Shown here in pieces: positions 62,124 through 64,000 of a stretch of DNA of 64,000 nt. The position numbers and the translations under genes were made by a program. The stretch comes from Amphiscolops sp. MND2022 (taxonomy: Eukaryota). The notes beneath the pieces are model-generated. The model ran no database searches. It saw only the letters and a list, made by a program, of their open reading frames with translations, and was not told the origin of the DNA. How positions within the stretch are numbered: position 1 is the first letter of the stretch; each line of letters starts with the position of its first letter. The stretch is from contig OZ076409.1 of NCBI GenBank assembly GCA_964187785.1, positions 25,484,001-25,548,000 of the forward strand, written 5' to 3'.

Positions 62124-62190
62124 CTGAACATAGATTACAGCCAATAGCACAAAAAAGAAGCAGAAGATGGTTACGGTAATCGAATTGCAT
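62124..62190 (-). CDS. Alternative candidate signal-peptide exon (MQFDYRNHLLLLFCAIGCNLCS)
   Basis: ATG, short hydrophobic stretch, CAG|GTATAA donor in phase 1, which is compatible with the 57165 acceptor. Speculative. Confidence 0.25.
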
Positions 62191-63027
62191 TGATGTGTAA
62201 ATTCCCTTGAATGTTCAGTTTTTTCCGTTTTTCCAAAATTCGGCTTCACGCTAGATAAGACTAACCAGATGCAATGAAGAAAATGGAAGTAATGAAGGAA
62301 ACACAAGTTTTTTAATTGACAATTAAATTGTACATTAATAGAGTGCTGCTGGTTTGGACACGTTGAAACCAAGCCTACGCGGGTTTTCCTCCCATACAAA
62401 AACAGGTCAATCATACTCTGCCATCATACTCACAGTATGTTTCCAGGCTGATCATACTCTGGACCATAAAGGTTTATGGTTCCAAGCTGACCATACTCTG
62501 AACATATATGGTCCAGGCTATGATACGACATGTTCCATAAAAAAAGCAAAGTTTATGGTTCCAGCCTGACCATATTCTCGGCCATATATGGTTCAGTCTA
62601 TGATCAGCCTGGGACCATAAACCTTTATGGCACAAAGAATGGTCAACCTGGAGCCATGGAAATAAAATTAGGATAATGTAGTCAATTAACGCATACAGTG
62701 AAGATATTACAAGATGTTCCTCAACCAAAGGTGCAATACAATCACCAAATTGAAAACAAGGTAGCAATGATCAAATTTTGGCAGCTTTTGAATTGTTGGT
62801 AGTTTTTCTCAAAATAATCGAACATCACACTGCAAAGTGGTACTTCTATAACAAAAGAGTTAGTTATTAACTAAGGAGTGGCTGAGAACAAATTGATAAG
62901 ATTATAGTTTGTCTTTAACTCCGCTTAGAGCTTAACGGAGTTCTGACCTGCAATGTATCGTTCGCAGATACAAAAAGTCGAATGTGGCTCTATTGCCCTC
63001 AACCTATAAAGCTGGCTGTTCTCAATA

Positions 63028-63210
63028 CAGTCAAACTTGGATAAAAAACACATAAGGTGGCCAGAAAAGAGTTTCTTTTAATCATAGTTTCTTTTATCAG
63101 TCGTCCTATTAGCGTGGAAAGTTTGTCTCGCAATAAAAGCGGAGGAATAAAGACGTTTCTTATTTTCGAATGTTTCTTTTATCCGTGTTTCTTTTATCCG
63201 AGTTCGACTG
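63028..63210. mobile_element. pogo/Tigger-type MITE
   Basis: CAGTC(A/G)AACT(T/C)GGATAAAA TIRs, TA flanks. Confidence 0.75.
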
Positions 63211-64000
63211 TATTTGAAAGTTTTTGTTTTGGTTACATGTCACGTCAACCCGCGTTTGGAACAAAAATATTTCTCTGTTGTATTTGGTTTTTATCAGGCT
63301 GCTTCAAAAATTCATTCGAAATTTGGCGGCAATTTCAAGCCGTGAAATTCTTCATATTTCATTTTGCATCAGCTGAAATTTTGAATGCAGCTGAGACGTT
63401 AACATTTTTGCCGCCACTTTAATGCAATATAAATCCAGCCACGTTATAAACTGCAAACTAGCGTCATCTTCAGCGTGCTGTTTGAAAACAAGGTACGAAC
63501 ATCAGACAACTCGTTGACAAACCAAAGTTAATTACAATGTGATAGTTTCGGTGACGAAGTGGGAAATATGTTCAAATTTAATTGCTGCAGAGAAAAATGC
63601 AGTTATCCTACAAGATTTACCACCGGAACCTTTCTGACTTTTCAATCAATCGTGAACTTCTGTAATGGAAACTGCTAAAAGTTTTTATATGTTGCAGGCC
63701 TGAGTGCTGGTTAATTTTCATTTTTATGACTGTTCGACTGTACTAGAAGAGTTACTCATATCATCAAGAGTAACCCACAGTTGATAAAGTGCTGTTGTAA
63801 TATTCCGGGAATGTTTTGCTGGAATAGTTTTAGTACTCGGTAGAATCTTGGAATAGGTTATAGTAATTTATTGGTAATTTGCGTATAGTTGCTTTTCGAC
63901 AAATCCTGAAATATCTGTGAGGATCTGTGCAGATCTGTACAGGTTCGCAGGGAGTGCTCAACATGGGAATAGCTATTGAATGATAAAGTTTGTTTTTGCA

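Overview
AT-rich, transposon-dense animal (eukaryotic) genomic DNA; the organism cannot be named from sequence alone. One large minus-strand gene spans almost the whole window. I traced 27 phase-compatible exons (about 1,540 codons, 57165 down to position 1, continuing past the left edge). They encode three VWD-C8-TIL-E assemblies (D1-D2-D'-D3), then four LDL-receptor class A modules, then Ser/Thr/Pro-rich microexons, i.e. an SCO-spondin-like gel-forming protein. Its 5' end is ambiguous: two candidate signal-peptide exons and apparently decayed exons. The introns hold: a young but defective Ty3/Gypsy (Mag-like) LTR retrotransposon (49967-55937); a young 9-kb LTR-bounded element with no gag/pol that carries one unknown ORF with a coiled coil and three AT-hook-like RGRP motifs (27878-36866); a fossil hAT transposase; many Helentron-type (DINE-1/HINE-like) elements; several MITEs; and tandem repeats. 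A diverged relative of that LTR lies upstream of the gene. One GC-AG intron has terminal inverted repeats like an Introner. All coordinates were read by eye, and no database searches were run.
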